Below are positions 7,638-16,800 of a DNA stretch of 64,000 nucleotides, piece after piece. The notes beneath the pieces are model-generated. The model worked only from the letters and a program-made list of their open reading frames with translations. It ran no database searches and had not been told where the DNA came from. This DNA comes from a bacterium (lineage in GTDB: Bacteria > Patescibacteriota > Microgenomatia > UBA10105 > UBA927), in assembly GCA_021817785.1 (NCBI GenBank), contig JAKAFY010000006.1, positions 2,067-66,066 of the forward strand, in the 5' to 3' direction. The position numbers and the translations under genes are program-made. Within the stretch, counting starts at the first letter, position 1; each line of letters opens with the position of its first letter.

Positions 7638-9218
7638 TTAAAAATATCCGCTTCGTATGAGTTGTTGTTGCGTATTCCCATACGGAATCTGCATAAATGG
7701 TGACGGAAGCAACAGCTCGGGAACGGCCGCGCGTATCAGGACATCGCGATATTGTTTTACAATCTGCCTGTGGGAATTCGCTATATTATGTAATTCTTCG
7801 GGATCGCTTCGCAAATCATATAGTTCAGGCTTTTTTTGCGGATCCCGATACACAATCAACGCATAGCGCCGATTCTGGATAACAAACGTATCCTCATAGT
7901 TCATGGACACGGCATACGATTTTGCGCGATACGAAACGCCGGACAACAGCGGGATCAATGACATTCCCTGTATGTATTTGGGCGCAGCCCCGACAACCAT
8001 TGCGGCAATCGTCGGATAGAGATCGAGATTTTCGACTACTGTATCTACATGCCCTCCCCTACTGCCTGGATACGTTATGACGAACGGCACATGATATACC
8101 TCGTTATAAGGAGCATCCATATGGGAAAAGAGTCCGTGTTCACCAAATGCCTCTCCGTGCGCCGCCGTCACGATGATCACGGTATGATTGGCCACGTCAG
8201 GTTTCAATAAATAATCCACAAATCCTGAAAGGCGCGTATCCAATATGTGCAGCTTTGTCTCATAAAGCATCCGAAGGTATGCGACCTCCTGCGGATTATC
8301 TGCATGGATAAACTGCATGTATGGATCATATACGGTTTCCCACGAAAGCAACCGTTGCGTATAGTCATGATTATCTATAAGCTCCTGCAAATAATCCGCG
8401 ATTTTTTTACCACGTATTGAAGGGTCTGCCTGAAAAATTTCTGGGTGCTCCGCTATGGCAGCCGGTACGAATATTTGCCCGACGTGAGCAGATAAGTATG
8501 CCTCGCGGACACGCATAAATTCATCCGTATAAATGGGAAAGCCATCGGGCTTGGGCAAATTCCGGATTGGCCGTTCGGGCGGAACCAACAGGTACGGTAA
8601 ATGCAATTCCTCTGTATATGCGTGGAAAAACACCGGTTTATTTATGGCTACCGCCTGCTTATATTCGTCTATCCATATGTTTTCTGCCGGCGAACTCAAA
8701 TCTGTGTGGACATAGCCACGTAACCCTCCGTTACGTTTGGTTAATAATGCGTCATTATCGTCTCCGATATAATACGTGTCATACCCCTGTTGACCAAGAA
8801 ATTGAGCGAGGGTGACTGTCGTAGGAGAGAGGGCTCCTTCCTGCTGTTTCCAGACTTGATTGATGTTGGGGTATAATGACGTATAGGTAGACAAGGCGCT
8901 CGGCAACGTCCAAAACGATTGGCTATACGCTTGTGAAAACTGCACCCCCGCAGAGGCGAGCCTGCACAAATTTGGAGCAATCTCTTTTCCCTTCCCGTTA
9001 CAATCCAGCTCATCGGCGCGGAGGACGTCCAAATCCAGGATAACCACGTTGCAGTGCCTGCAACCGACGCGTGCGGCAGCGACATGCTCCACGACCCTGC
9101 GGCACATGATGGCTATGGAAATGAGGGCTGCACAAACGCAAATCAGCACCCCCGCTTTTTGTACCCCTGTCCATACCGCTGTTATGTTGTATTTCTTCGG
9201 GTATATAGGATTGTTCAT
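7638..9218 (-). CDS. Sulfatase/alkaline-phosphatase-superfamily protein, membrane-anchored
   Basis: NVVILDLDVLRAD, WTLPS..TSLYP, HGEAFGEHG, HVPFVI and ELYDLRSDPEE motifs. Confidence 0.85.
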   Translation of the reverse strand: MNNPIYPKKYNITAVWTGVQKAGVLICVCAALISIAIMCRRVVEHVAAARVGCRHCNVVILDLDVLRADELDCNGKGKEIAPNLCRLASAGVQFSQAYSQSFWTLPSALSTYTSLYPNINQVWKQQEGALSPTTVTLAQFLGQQGYDTYYIGDDNDALLTKRNGGLRGYVHTDLSSPAENIWIDEYKQAVAINKPVFFHAYTEELHLPYLLVPPERPIRNLPKPDGFPIYTDEFMRVREAYLSAHVGQIFVPAAIAEHPEIFQADPSIRGKKIADYLQELIDNHDYTQRLLSWETVYDPYMQFIHADNPQEVAYLRMLYETKLHILDTRLSGFVDYLLKPDVANHTVIIVTAAHGEAFGEHGLFSHMDAPYNEVYHVPFVITYPGSRGGHVDTVVENLDLYPTIAAMVVGAAPKYIQGMSLIPLLSGVSYRAKSYAVSMNYEDTFVIQNRRYALIVYRDPQKKPELYDLRSDPEELHNIANSHRQIVKQYRDVLIRAAVPELLLPSPFMQIPYGNTQQQLIRSGYF

Positions 9219-9265
9219 AGCAGTTGTGTAAACCTGCCGGCAAACGACGTACTAGACCCGGTTAC

Positions 9266-9619
9266 CTAATAAAACATGTTCCACCATCGTAGCCAATTCG
9301 GTGTGCGGGTATCGGAACGCGTATCCGCTCCTCCCGCTCCCTGGCCATTTTGAGGCAGTAAAATAATAGACTCTCCGTCTTTGACAAGCCCCAATTTATC
9401 CCTGGCTATCCGCTCGACGTATTCCGTGCTTTTTGTATCCTGGAGTTCCTGTTTCAGCTTCTGGTTTTCACGGGTAATCGTGTTGAGATCCTGTTGGCGC
9501 GTGGTGACGATATCTTTACGGTGCCACAAATCCAGAATCGTGCCTGCGGCGCTCAGGCACAAACCGAGGCTAACCAGAAATATGAGTAGCTGTACGATTG
9601 TATTGCGAAACAGATTCAT
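9266..9619 (-). CDS. Septum formation initiator (FtsB/DivIC family)
   Basis: TM segment, coiled coil and EYVERIARDKLGLVKDGE. Confidence 0.85.
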   Translation of the reverse strand: MNLFRNTIVQLLIFLVSLGLCLSAAGTILDLWHRKDIVTTRQQDLNTITRENQKLKQELQDTKSTEYVERIARDKLGLVKDGESIILLPQNGQGAGGADTRSDTRTPNWLRWWNMFY

Positions 9620-9736
9620 GGTACTTGCGTATAGGTCTGATATATGATATTATAGGCTTTAAGAAACATAGGTCGCAACCATACTCAATCTCCTGCTGAA
9701 TTGAATATACCGGTCCGCGCACCGAATTTATCTATC

Positions 9737-10597
9737 ATGGCTCTCGAACTCAAACTTGCGCACAAACAATTTGTCGAATATCTCGAGTCCCGCAGACGCG
9801 CTCGCGCTACTATCGTAGCATACAGCAAAGATATAGAGCAGCTCATCCAATTCCTGGGAAATACAGGGAAAAAGGATATTGGCGCCGTCACCCGGGAGGA
9901 ACTTGAGGCCTTCTTAAAAAAACTCGCCTCCGACAGCTATACGCCGAAATCCATTTCTCGGAAAATCAACTCCATGAAGACTTTTTACCGCTTTCTCAAG
10001 GCATCGGGCGTAATCACTACGGACCCCGCTGCGGACATAGAGCACCCCAAATACGACATCAAACCTCCACGCATTTTATCCAAACTGGAATATCGGGCGC
10101 TCCGGGATGCATGCCGCGGAGATATCCGAACCCATGCCATCGTGGAGCTTTTCCTTCAGACCGGGTTAAGAATCGGCGAACTTGCGAATCTTACGACAGG
10201 TGATGTGCGTGAGACAGAGCTTCACATCTCCGCCCAGGAGGGCCATGAGGAACGCATGGTGCCTTTAAACCGGGCGGCCAAAGAAGCGCTTGCCAGCTGG
10301 ACGACAGTGCGCGGCAATGGCGTTAAGTCCAATGCATTGTTTATCACCAAAACCGGCCGGTCACTACTTATCCGAAACATCCGTACGGCAATCGACCGGT
10401 ACTTTAAAATTGCCGGCATTGAAGACGCCAAAGTCAACGATTTGCGCCACACATTTATCGCCCATCATCTCATGGCAGGAACACCTATTACTACGATCAG
10501 TAAATTAGTAGGACACAAACGATTGTCCACCACAGAAAAATATCTGGAATTTATCAAAGACAAACAGGTTGAACACGTCAAACTTGAAGAGCTGTAA
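9737..10597 (+). CDS. Tyrosine recombinase, XerC/XerD-like
   Basis: SAM-like N-domain, TGLRIGEL, NDLRHTF and LVGHKRLSTTEKY. Start placed at ATG 9737. Confidence 0.85.
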   Translation: MALELKLAHKQFVEYLESRRRARATIVAYSKDIEQLIQFLGNTGKKDIGAVTREELEAFLKKLASDSYTPKSISRKINSMKTFYRFLKASGVITTDPAADIEHPKYDIKPPRILSKLEYRALRDACRGDIRTHAIVELFLQTGLRIGELANLTTGDVRETELHISAQEGHEERMVPLNRAAKEALASWTTVRGNGVKSNALFITKTGRSLLIRNIRTAIDRYFKIAGIEDAKVNDLRHTFIAHHLMAGTPITTISKLVGHKRLSTTEKYLEFIKDKQVEHVKLEEL

Positions 10598-10622
10598 TAA
10601 TTTTTGCTATACTCGTTTTAGA

Positions 10623-10782
10623 AAAGCGCTTGAGTCTTGCCAGTCACAAGACAAGCTTTCAGCTGAACCCAAAGTAAGCTGAACGGGAGAGTCCGTAACT
10701 ACTCACACAAGAAGCAAGTAAGGTGGTACCACCCAGACTTTCGCGAAAAGCTGGGTCCTTATATAAAACGGTACCTTTTTTT
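10623..10782 (+). promoter_or_regulatory. T-box riboswitch (Val, GUC specifier, ultrashort stem I) upstream of valS
   Basis: Hairpin GTCTTG-ccaGTCa-CAAGAC. Stem II TCAGCT-GAA..AGTA-AGCTGA with S-turn. Pseudoknot CGG-GAGAGT-CCG..ACTC. Antiterminator TAAGG-TGGTACC-ACCCAG..CTGGGT-CCTTA. U-tract at ~10776. Promoter TGcTATACT at 10605-10613. Confidence 0.9.
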
Positions 10783-10918
10783 GTGGTTAAATAGCTTTAT
10801 GCCAGGTAGGAGAATTTCGACACGCTTTCGTTCATTGCGCGACGAATAGACTTCCTGGATGTTAATATAATGTTGTTATAGAAATAACGCTGAAATTTTC
10901 CAAAGCGCAAAAAACGCA

Positions 10919-13237
10919 ATGGTCGAAATTTCACTACCTGGTATGGATAAAAATTACGATCCGAAATTGACCGAGGAAGCTATCTACCGAATGTGGGAAA
11001 CCGGCGGATATTTTACCCCAACAATAGATCCCCAAAAAAAGCCGTTTACTATTTTATTGCCATTGCCCAATGCCAATGACCCGATGCACATGGGGCACGC
11101 CATGTTTACCGTGCAGGATATTTTAATCCGATATCACCGCATGATGGGAGACCCCACGCTTTGGCTTCCGGGCGGTGACCATGCAGGTATCGAAACGCAA
11201 TATGTTTTTGAAAAGAAATTAGCAAAAGAAGGCAAAAGCCGGTTTCAGTTCGATCGCGATACGCTCTACAACATGATTGCCGACTACGTCGAGCAAAATA
11301 AAAATATCAACCGCGATCAAATGAAGCGCCTGGGCTTTTCCATGGATTGGACACGATACCGCTACTCGCTGGACCCAAACATCGTTGCAACTGTTTTAGA
11401 CACATTCAAAACTATGTACAACGATGGCCTTGCCTATCGCGATGCCCGACTCGTCAATTATTGTACGAAAGACGGCACGGGATTTTCAGATCTGGAAGTA
11501 AAGTATGACGAACGCATAGACCCGTTATACTACATGAAATACGGACCGTTTACGATCGCTACGGTTCGCCCCGAAACCAAATTCCGCGATACAGCATTGG
11601 CCGTCAACCCGAAAGACAAACGATACAAAAAATACATCGGGCAAACGCTCGAAATCATGGGACTGTTGGGACCTATCCAGATGACCGTGATTCCGGATCA
11701 GGAAGTGGATCCCAAATTCGGTACGGGGATAATGAAAGTCACTCCGGCGCATGATCCGCATGATTTCGAACTTGGCAAAAAATTTAATTTACCCGTTACT
11801 CCGATTATCGACCAACGCGGAAAAATGGATTTTTCATGGTTCCTCTCACAAAACAATATAGAACCGAAATACAAAGAACGAGCAGAAAAATATCACGGAA
11901 AAAAGGTGGCAGAAGCACGCGCACTCATGGTAGAAGATCTCAAAGCGGATGGGCTATTGGTAAAAGTTGATGAACAATACACGCATCGGGTCGGAATGTG
12001 TTATCGCTGCGGCTCAGTCCTTGAACCCCTCCCTATCCCCCAGTGGTATATCAAAACAAAACCGTTAGCCAAAAAAGCTATCGAGGCAGTCAAAAAAGGG
12101 AAAACAAAAATATTCCCCAAAAAACGGTTTGAAAAAATGTATTTCGACTGGATGAACAATATTCTGGATTGGAATATCAGCCGCCAGATTGTGTGGGGAC
12201 CGCGAATTCCTATCTGGTACTGTCTGGATTGTAATCCTGATATTGCCCTTTCATTTTTAAATGCAGAACATGTGAAAATGTTTGGTACATATAAAGATTT
12301 TGCTTCTACGCATTCTTTTGACGAAATAAAACATGGCATCCAAACGCTTTCCGCACCTTTGAAAGCGACATACGCATTAACCGATGGAGCGTGTACGACA
12401 TGTGGCGGCACCCACATCCTACAGGAAACCGATACGTTTGATACCTGGTTTCTTTCCAGCCAATGGCCAATTACGACACTCGGGTTTCCGGATAGCAAAG
12501 ACTTTAACTATTTCTACCCAACATCAGTCCTCGACACTATGTGGGACATTCTTTTTTTCTGGGTGGCCCGGATGATGATGATGGGACTCTACAGGACCGG
12601 AAAAGTACCGTTTGAGGTCGTGCATCTCCATAGCCGCGTCGTGGACGCACATGGCAAAAAAATGGCCAAAAGCAAAGGCAACGTTATAAACCCCATTGAT
12701 ATGGTCGGCAAATACGGCGCGGATGCCCTCCGGTTTGCACTTATGTTCGGTGCCGCTCCGGGCAGCGATATTGCAATATCAGAAGACAAAATCAGAGGTA
12801 TGAGAAACTTTGCAAATAAACTATGGAATATCGGCCGGTTTATTCACATGAATATTGACGCCGCAAAGGCTGAAATTCCGTTCTATGACGATACACGCCT
12901 CCAGACAGTGATTGACGCCAACGATAAACAGATCATTTCCGAACTAAATACGCTGGCTGTCTCTGTGACGAAGAATATAAACCACTACCGATTTTCCGAC
13001 GCCGCCCAGTCGCTCTACGAATTTACCTGGCATCAGTTCGCTGATGTGTATCTCGAGAAAAATAAAGACCGGTTCAAAGCCGGGGACGCGCAGGCACTTT
13101 CTGTCCTGCGGCATGTATACATTATACTTTTAAAGCTCATCCATCCGTTTATGCCGTTTGTCACGGAAAGCATATGGGGCACATTTCCGCGGAAACACGC
13201 GGATCCGCTCATTATCTCTCATTGGCCTACAGTTTGA
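10919..13237 (+). CDS. valS: Valine--tRNA ligase (short form without C-terminal coiled coil)
   Basis: HMGH, GGDHAGIETQ, DWNISRQIVWG, DTFDTWF, KMAKSKGN and YGADALRF. The start may be ATG 10943. Confidence 0.97.
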   Translation: MVEISLPGMDKNYDPKLTEEAIYRMWETGGYFTPTIDPQKKPFTILLPLPNANDPMHMGHAMFTVQDILIRYHRMMGDPTLWLPGGDHAGIETQYVFEKKLAKEGKSRFQFDRDTLYNMIADYVEQNKNINRDQMKRLGFSMDWTRYRYSLDPNIVATVLDTFKTMYNDGLAYRDARLVNYCTKDGTGFSDLEVKYDERIDPLYYMKYGPFTIATVRPETKFRDTALAVNPKDKRYKKYIGQTLEIMGLLGPIQMTVIPDQEVDPKFGTGIMKVTPAHDPHDFELGKKFNLPVTPIIDQRGKMDFSWFLSQNNIEPKYKERAEKYHGKKVAEARALMVEDLKADGLLVKVDEQYTHRVGMCYRCGSVLEPLPIPQWYIKTKPLAKKAIEAVKKGKTKIFPKKRFEKMYFDWMNNILDWNISRQIVWGPRIPIWYCLDCNPDIALSFLNAEHVKMFGTYKDFASTHSFDEIKHGIQTLSAPLKATYALTDGACTTCGGTHILQETDTFDTWFLSSQWPITTLGFPDSKDFNYFYPTSVLDTMWDILFFWVARMMMMGLYRTGKVPFEVVHLHSRVVDAHGKKMAKSKGNVINPIDMVGKYGADALRFALMFGAAPGSDIAISEDKIRGMRNFANKLWNIGRFIHMNIDAAKAEIPFYDDTRLQTVIDANDKQIISELNTLAVSVTKNINHYRFSDAAQSLYEFTWHQFADVYLEKNKDRFKAGDAQALSVLRHVYIILLKLIHPFMPFVTESIWGTFPRKHADPLIISHWPTV

Positions 13238-13279
13238 TGCATCAGGGGAACTTTTAGATACGTACAGACAAATGTCTCG

Positions 13280-14311
13280 TTAGAACCCTGTGCCCGATGA
13301 GGATGCCGGCACCGCACTTGGAGAAACTATGGCGCTCGTTGGTAGCGCGGTTGATATGGTTGGTGTTGGAAAATTCGTCATAAACGTCCCCACTATCTTA
13401 TCGAACAGCGCGTCGTCTTTCGCAAAATCTGACGTAGTTCCGGCAGGCGCGAAGTGATTAAATTCTATTGCTAGCGAGTCATTGACCGGCACCAGTACGC
13501 CGCGCATTGCGGTAAAGGTATATCCCCCTCCGGTGCTTCCGGTAAAATTTCCGACATATTCATATCCGTATACGCCGCCGATCGTTGTCTGTTTCATGGT
13601 AAATTCTTTCCCATTCGCATCGGTAAGTATCGCCCCGCGGAAGTCCGGCAACAGTTGGCCTTTTCCCCGTGCCGCGACGGTAAATCGCGTTCCGTTCGGT
13701 AAATTCGTTCCCTGGGAGGGACAGCTCCCCCCGTCACACGTAAGCGGCGTTACTCCTGCAGGCAGCTTAAATGATATACCGGCGATGGCTTTTCTCGTTG
13801 CACCGCTTATAATCTGATTTGTCACCCATGTCGTATCAGCTGTTGCGGACGTCGTTGCCTGGGCTGGAGATGTTGTGACTGATTCAGGAAGAGGTATGGC
13901 TGTCGGGACCGCTACCTGTTGGGACTCAGCTGGAGTAAAGAAAGACCGCAACTGCATACTAAGCCACACTCCCAATCCGAATAGCAAAACGACAAAGATG
14001 ATAGTTCCGATATAATTTTTACCGGGTCGTTTCGTTTGTGGCGGCGTACCGTCGCGAGACGGCTCCTCCTGCTCACTCCGGGACGATGTGCTGGGCGCAA
14101 ATATTTGTGCGGCTTCCGGAACTACGGATGCAGAGGCAGACTGGGCTGCGATATCTTCCGTGGCGTCCGAACCTGCGGACTGGGATTCATCATGTTCTGC
14201 GACTTGTCCGGACGTAGGGTCGATAATCGGCGTTTCTTCATATGCCAAAGACGGCTTCGTGGGGGCATCGGATTCTGTCACAGCTGACGGTGTGTTGGCA
14301 GTGTCATCCAT
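13280..14311 (-). CDS. Hypothetical single-pass membrane protein
   Basis: Acidic low-complexity N-terminus, one TM segment, Ser/Thr-rich linker and a globular extracellular domain. Confidence 0.7.
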   Translation of the reverse strand: MDDTANTPSAVTESDAPTKPSLAYEETPIIDPTSGQVAEHDESQSAGSDATEDIAAQSASASVVPEAAQIFAPSTSSRSEQEEPSRDGTPPQTKRPGKNYIGTIIFVVLLFGLGVWLSMQLRSFFTPAESQQVAVPTAIPLPESVTTSPAQATTSATADTTWVTNQIISGATRKAIAGISFKLPAGVTPLTCDGGSCPSQGTNLPNGTRFTVAARGKGQLLPDFRGAILTDANGKEFTMKQTTIGGVYGYEYVGNFTGSTGGGYTFTAMRGVLVPVNDSLAIEFNHFAPAGTTSDFAKDDALFDKIVGTFMTNFPTPTISTALPTSAIVSPSAVPASSSGTGF

Positions 14312-14373
14312 AATTTCATTCGTATCCCGCCGTATGTTGGGATACCGACATATATAGATTTATTGTATACAAA

Positions 14374-15573
14374 TTACTTACGGACAAACAAGATGGCATT
14401 CGGAATATTCCGCCCGGGTCCCGCTTTATATCCGCCGCTCCATAGCGCAGTTGACCCGCCGTCATCCAAATTTAACGCATTATCCATTCCCAGTTCGTGC
14501 AATACGATTGCCGATTCCGCGACGGACGCGTTATGTACGACGCCGATGTACGCGACGGTACCTTTGTTTGCGACAAAGCTTCTGTTCCCCTTGTTTCCTT
14601 CTTTCGGTTCTCCCGCGCCGCTAAACACGATATTACCTCCGGAAACGAGCAGCGGTCTGTTGGCGATCAGACTGTCTGGGCTCGTGTCTCTCCCCCACTC
14701 AAGGGACTGACCGACAAACCGCAGGGAGCTCCCCAAAAATATGACTGCCGGCACTGTGCTATAGACGTTGTTTGCCGAATTAAAATACGTTTTATTCTTA
14801 TTCATGAGCAGCGTATCAAACGAATTGGTTTTTCCGGCGCATGATGGGTATTCCGCGGGACAAAAGTACGAGCCGTTCACTCCGGCATATGCTCCATTTC
14901 TGGCAACATAGTCGGAAAGCGGCAGCGTGGGGCAGTTGTTTGCGCAATCTGCACTGCTTGCTGTATCCACAATCACTTTCGTCGATGACAGATCCCCGGC
15001 AACAATGTCCACTACATACTGATTCCCGTCTGCTGTAACTTTCTGCCTCGAATACCCGGACGTCGGGGCGGTGTTGCTTTGCGTCACATTTGTGAGATTT
15101 ATTGCGGTCACCGTAAATTTCGCTTTCGCCTGGGCGATATTCGAGGAAAGTGTTTGAAGCTCAGCTGATGCGGTGGACCACTGTTCATGAGAAAGCAGGG
15201 ATAATATGTCAGCAAATTGTGTGTCAAGCGACGTTGTATTGGCACTTATCGCCCTTAGGTCGAGAAGCGTTTCATATGCGGAGAGTGCCGAGGTGTACGT
15301 CGTCTGTATACGTTTTATTTTTTCCGAAAGTTGTGCGTTTTTCACGTACTGGTCTTCATTTCGCACCGTGTTCAGCTCAGTCATCAGCGTATGTATCTCA
15401 AGTTGCAGCTGACTTTTTTGCACGATCAGCATCTGGTTTTGTCCCCGGATTAGCAACAGAGAAACCACGAGTATGATACCGGCGACAGAAACAGCGCTTA
15501 TGGTAACGATCGATACCCAGCGAGCAAGAATGGATCGCATTATCTGGTGTATGAGACGCGTACTGCTGTCCAT
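14374..15573 (-). CDS. Phosphodiester glycosidase (NAGPA/DUF2233) family protein with TM and coiled coil
   Basis: AGVNGSYF and ALNLDDGGSTAL motifs. Start moved to MDSSTR (15573) to avoid overlapping efp. Confidence 0.8.
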   Translation of the reverse strand: MDSSTRLIHQIMRSILARWVSIVTISAVSVAGIILVVSLLLIRGQNQMLIVQKSQLQLEIHTLMTELNTVRNEDQYVKNAQLSEKIKRIQTTYTSALSAYETLLDLRAISANTTSLDTQFADILSLLSHEQWSTASAELQTLSSNIAQAKAKFTVTAINLTNVTQSNTAPTSGYSRQKVTADGNQYVVDIVAGDLSSTKVIVDTASSADCANNCPTLPLSDYVARNGAYAGVNGSYFCPAEYPSCAGKTNSFDTLLMNKNKTYFNSANNVYSTVPAVIFLGSSLRFVGQSLEWGRDTSPDSLIANRPLLVSGGNIVFSGAGEPKEGNKGNRSFVANKGTVAYIGVVHNASVAESAIVLHELGMDNALNLDDGGSTALWSGGYKAGPGRNIPNAILFVRK

Positions 15574-15620
15574 ATATCCAGTGTAAAAGGAAAAGAGAAG
15601 GTAAACAAGTCCGGATGCTA

Positions 15621-16184
15621 TTATCCCCGTTCGAGATATGCGCCGGTTTCCGGATCTATGCCGATCGTATCTCCCTCTTTTATAAAGAGCGGAACCGTGA
15701 TCGTCGCCCCCGTTTCTACAACGACTGTTTTGGTCGCACCGCTTACGGTATTCCCCTTGGCTCCTTCGGTCGCTTCCGTAACTTTCAGCCAAACCTTTTT
15801 AGGAAACCGAAGACCTACTGCATTTTCTTCAAACATCAACACCTGATAGGAATCGTTTGGTTTGAGATAGTTGATAAAATCACCCAACATTGTTGCCGAT
15901 ATCGTACACTGCTCAAAAGAAAAGTTATCCATGAACACATATCCTTCCCCTTCTTTATAGAGATACTGCATCTCCCTGGTTTCAATGGGTAATTCTTCTG
16001 CGGACTCGCCGGATTTAAACGTGAATTCCTGTACTTTCCCGCTTTTTAAACTTTTGAGCTTTGTGCGCACAAACGCCGATCCCTTCCCGGGATTCACAAA
16101 CTGCATATCGGTGATAAGGTGCGGCTCATCTTTAAATTCGATGAACATGCCTTTTTTAAATTGTGCGGTCGTTATGGTAGACAT
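15621..16184 (-). CDS. efp: Elongation factor P
   Basis: VNPGKGSAFVRTKLK, MQYLY, GNTVSGATK and VPLFIKEGD. Confidence 0.97.
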   Translation of the reverse strand: MSTITTAQFKKGMFIEFKDEPHLITDMQFVNPGKGSAFVRTKLKSLKSGKVQEFTFKSGESAEELPIETREMQYLYKEGEGYVFMDNFSFEQCTISATMLGDFINYLKPNDSYQVLMFEENAVGLRFPKKVWLKVTEATEGAKGNTVSGATKTVVVETGATITVPLFIKEGDTIGIDPETGAYLERG

Positions 16185-16215
16185 AGAATGTGTTTTTCCT
16201 TTCGGAATGTGCCTA

Positions 16216-16800
16216 TTATCTCATATTTCGCTGTGCCTTCGCAATTGCCGTCCCGGTGATAAGGTAGATAATACTTGCATCAAGCGCAACGACATACAAA
16301 GGATATGCCACTTCAGAAGCGGACCACTGCCCGGCAGCCGCCAACGTACAGAGTGCGGCCATGACATCTAAAAAATAAAATGTCCAGACCTCCGTATGTG
16401 GCAGACGGTATGTTTTGAAAAGCATCGGCAGTTGTCCGACAAAATCCGCACCGATAAAAAATATGAGCCCGAGCAGCGGATCATTCGTCACGTTCCAAAA
16501 TAGAACACCTGCGACTGAGGTCAGAAGGCACAGGATATCAGACGCCGACCACCCTCCCATGCCCCGCCAGAGACTGAGCGCAAAAATAATACACGAGCCT
16601 CCGGCAAACACAACCGAAAGCCATACGGCCGACGTACTCCCCTGCGCGAAAAGCGACGCCATAGCAAGAACAGTAATAAGTGCCGTACAAAATCGCGTTG
16701 TGCGATGCGGCCTGGCGTCCCCGCGAACAATTGCCACAACATAGACGATGTACGAAATCAGTGCCAATATGCTGCTCATGGAAATAAGTACGGATCTCAT
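16216..16800 (-). CDS. Hypothetical multi-pass membrane protein (~7 TM)
   Basis: Highly hydrophobic, with two similar helix-Pro loops (RGDARPH; KTYRLPH). Start overlaps the epmA stop. Confidence 0.7.
   Translation of the reverse strand: MRSVLISMSSILALISYIVYVVAIVRGDARPHRTTRFCTALITVLAMASLFAQGSTSAVWLSVVFAGGSCIIFALSLWRGMGGWSASDILCLLTSVAGVLFWNVTNDPLLGLIFFIGADFVGQLPMLFKTYRLPHTEVWTFYFLDVMAALCTLAAAGQWSASEVAYPLYVVALDASIIYLITGTAIAKAQRNMR

Noticed and set aside
6452-10597. Integrative element or prophage at the tRNA-Met genes using the tyrosine recombinase
   Set aside because: No duplicated tRNA 3' end (att) was seen and there are no phage or conjugation genes. The neighbours are housekeeping genes.
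15574-15792. N-terminal extension of the phosphodiester glycosidase ORF
   Set aside because: It overlaps efp in another frame. The TM anchor begins after ATG 15573.
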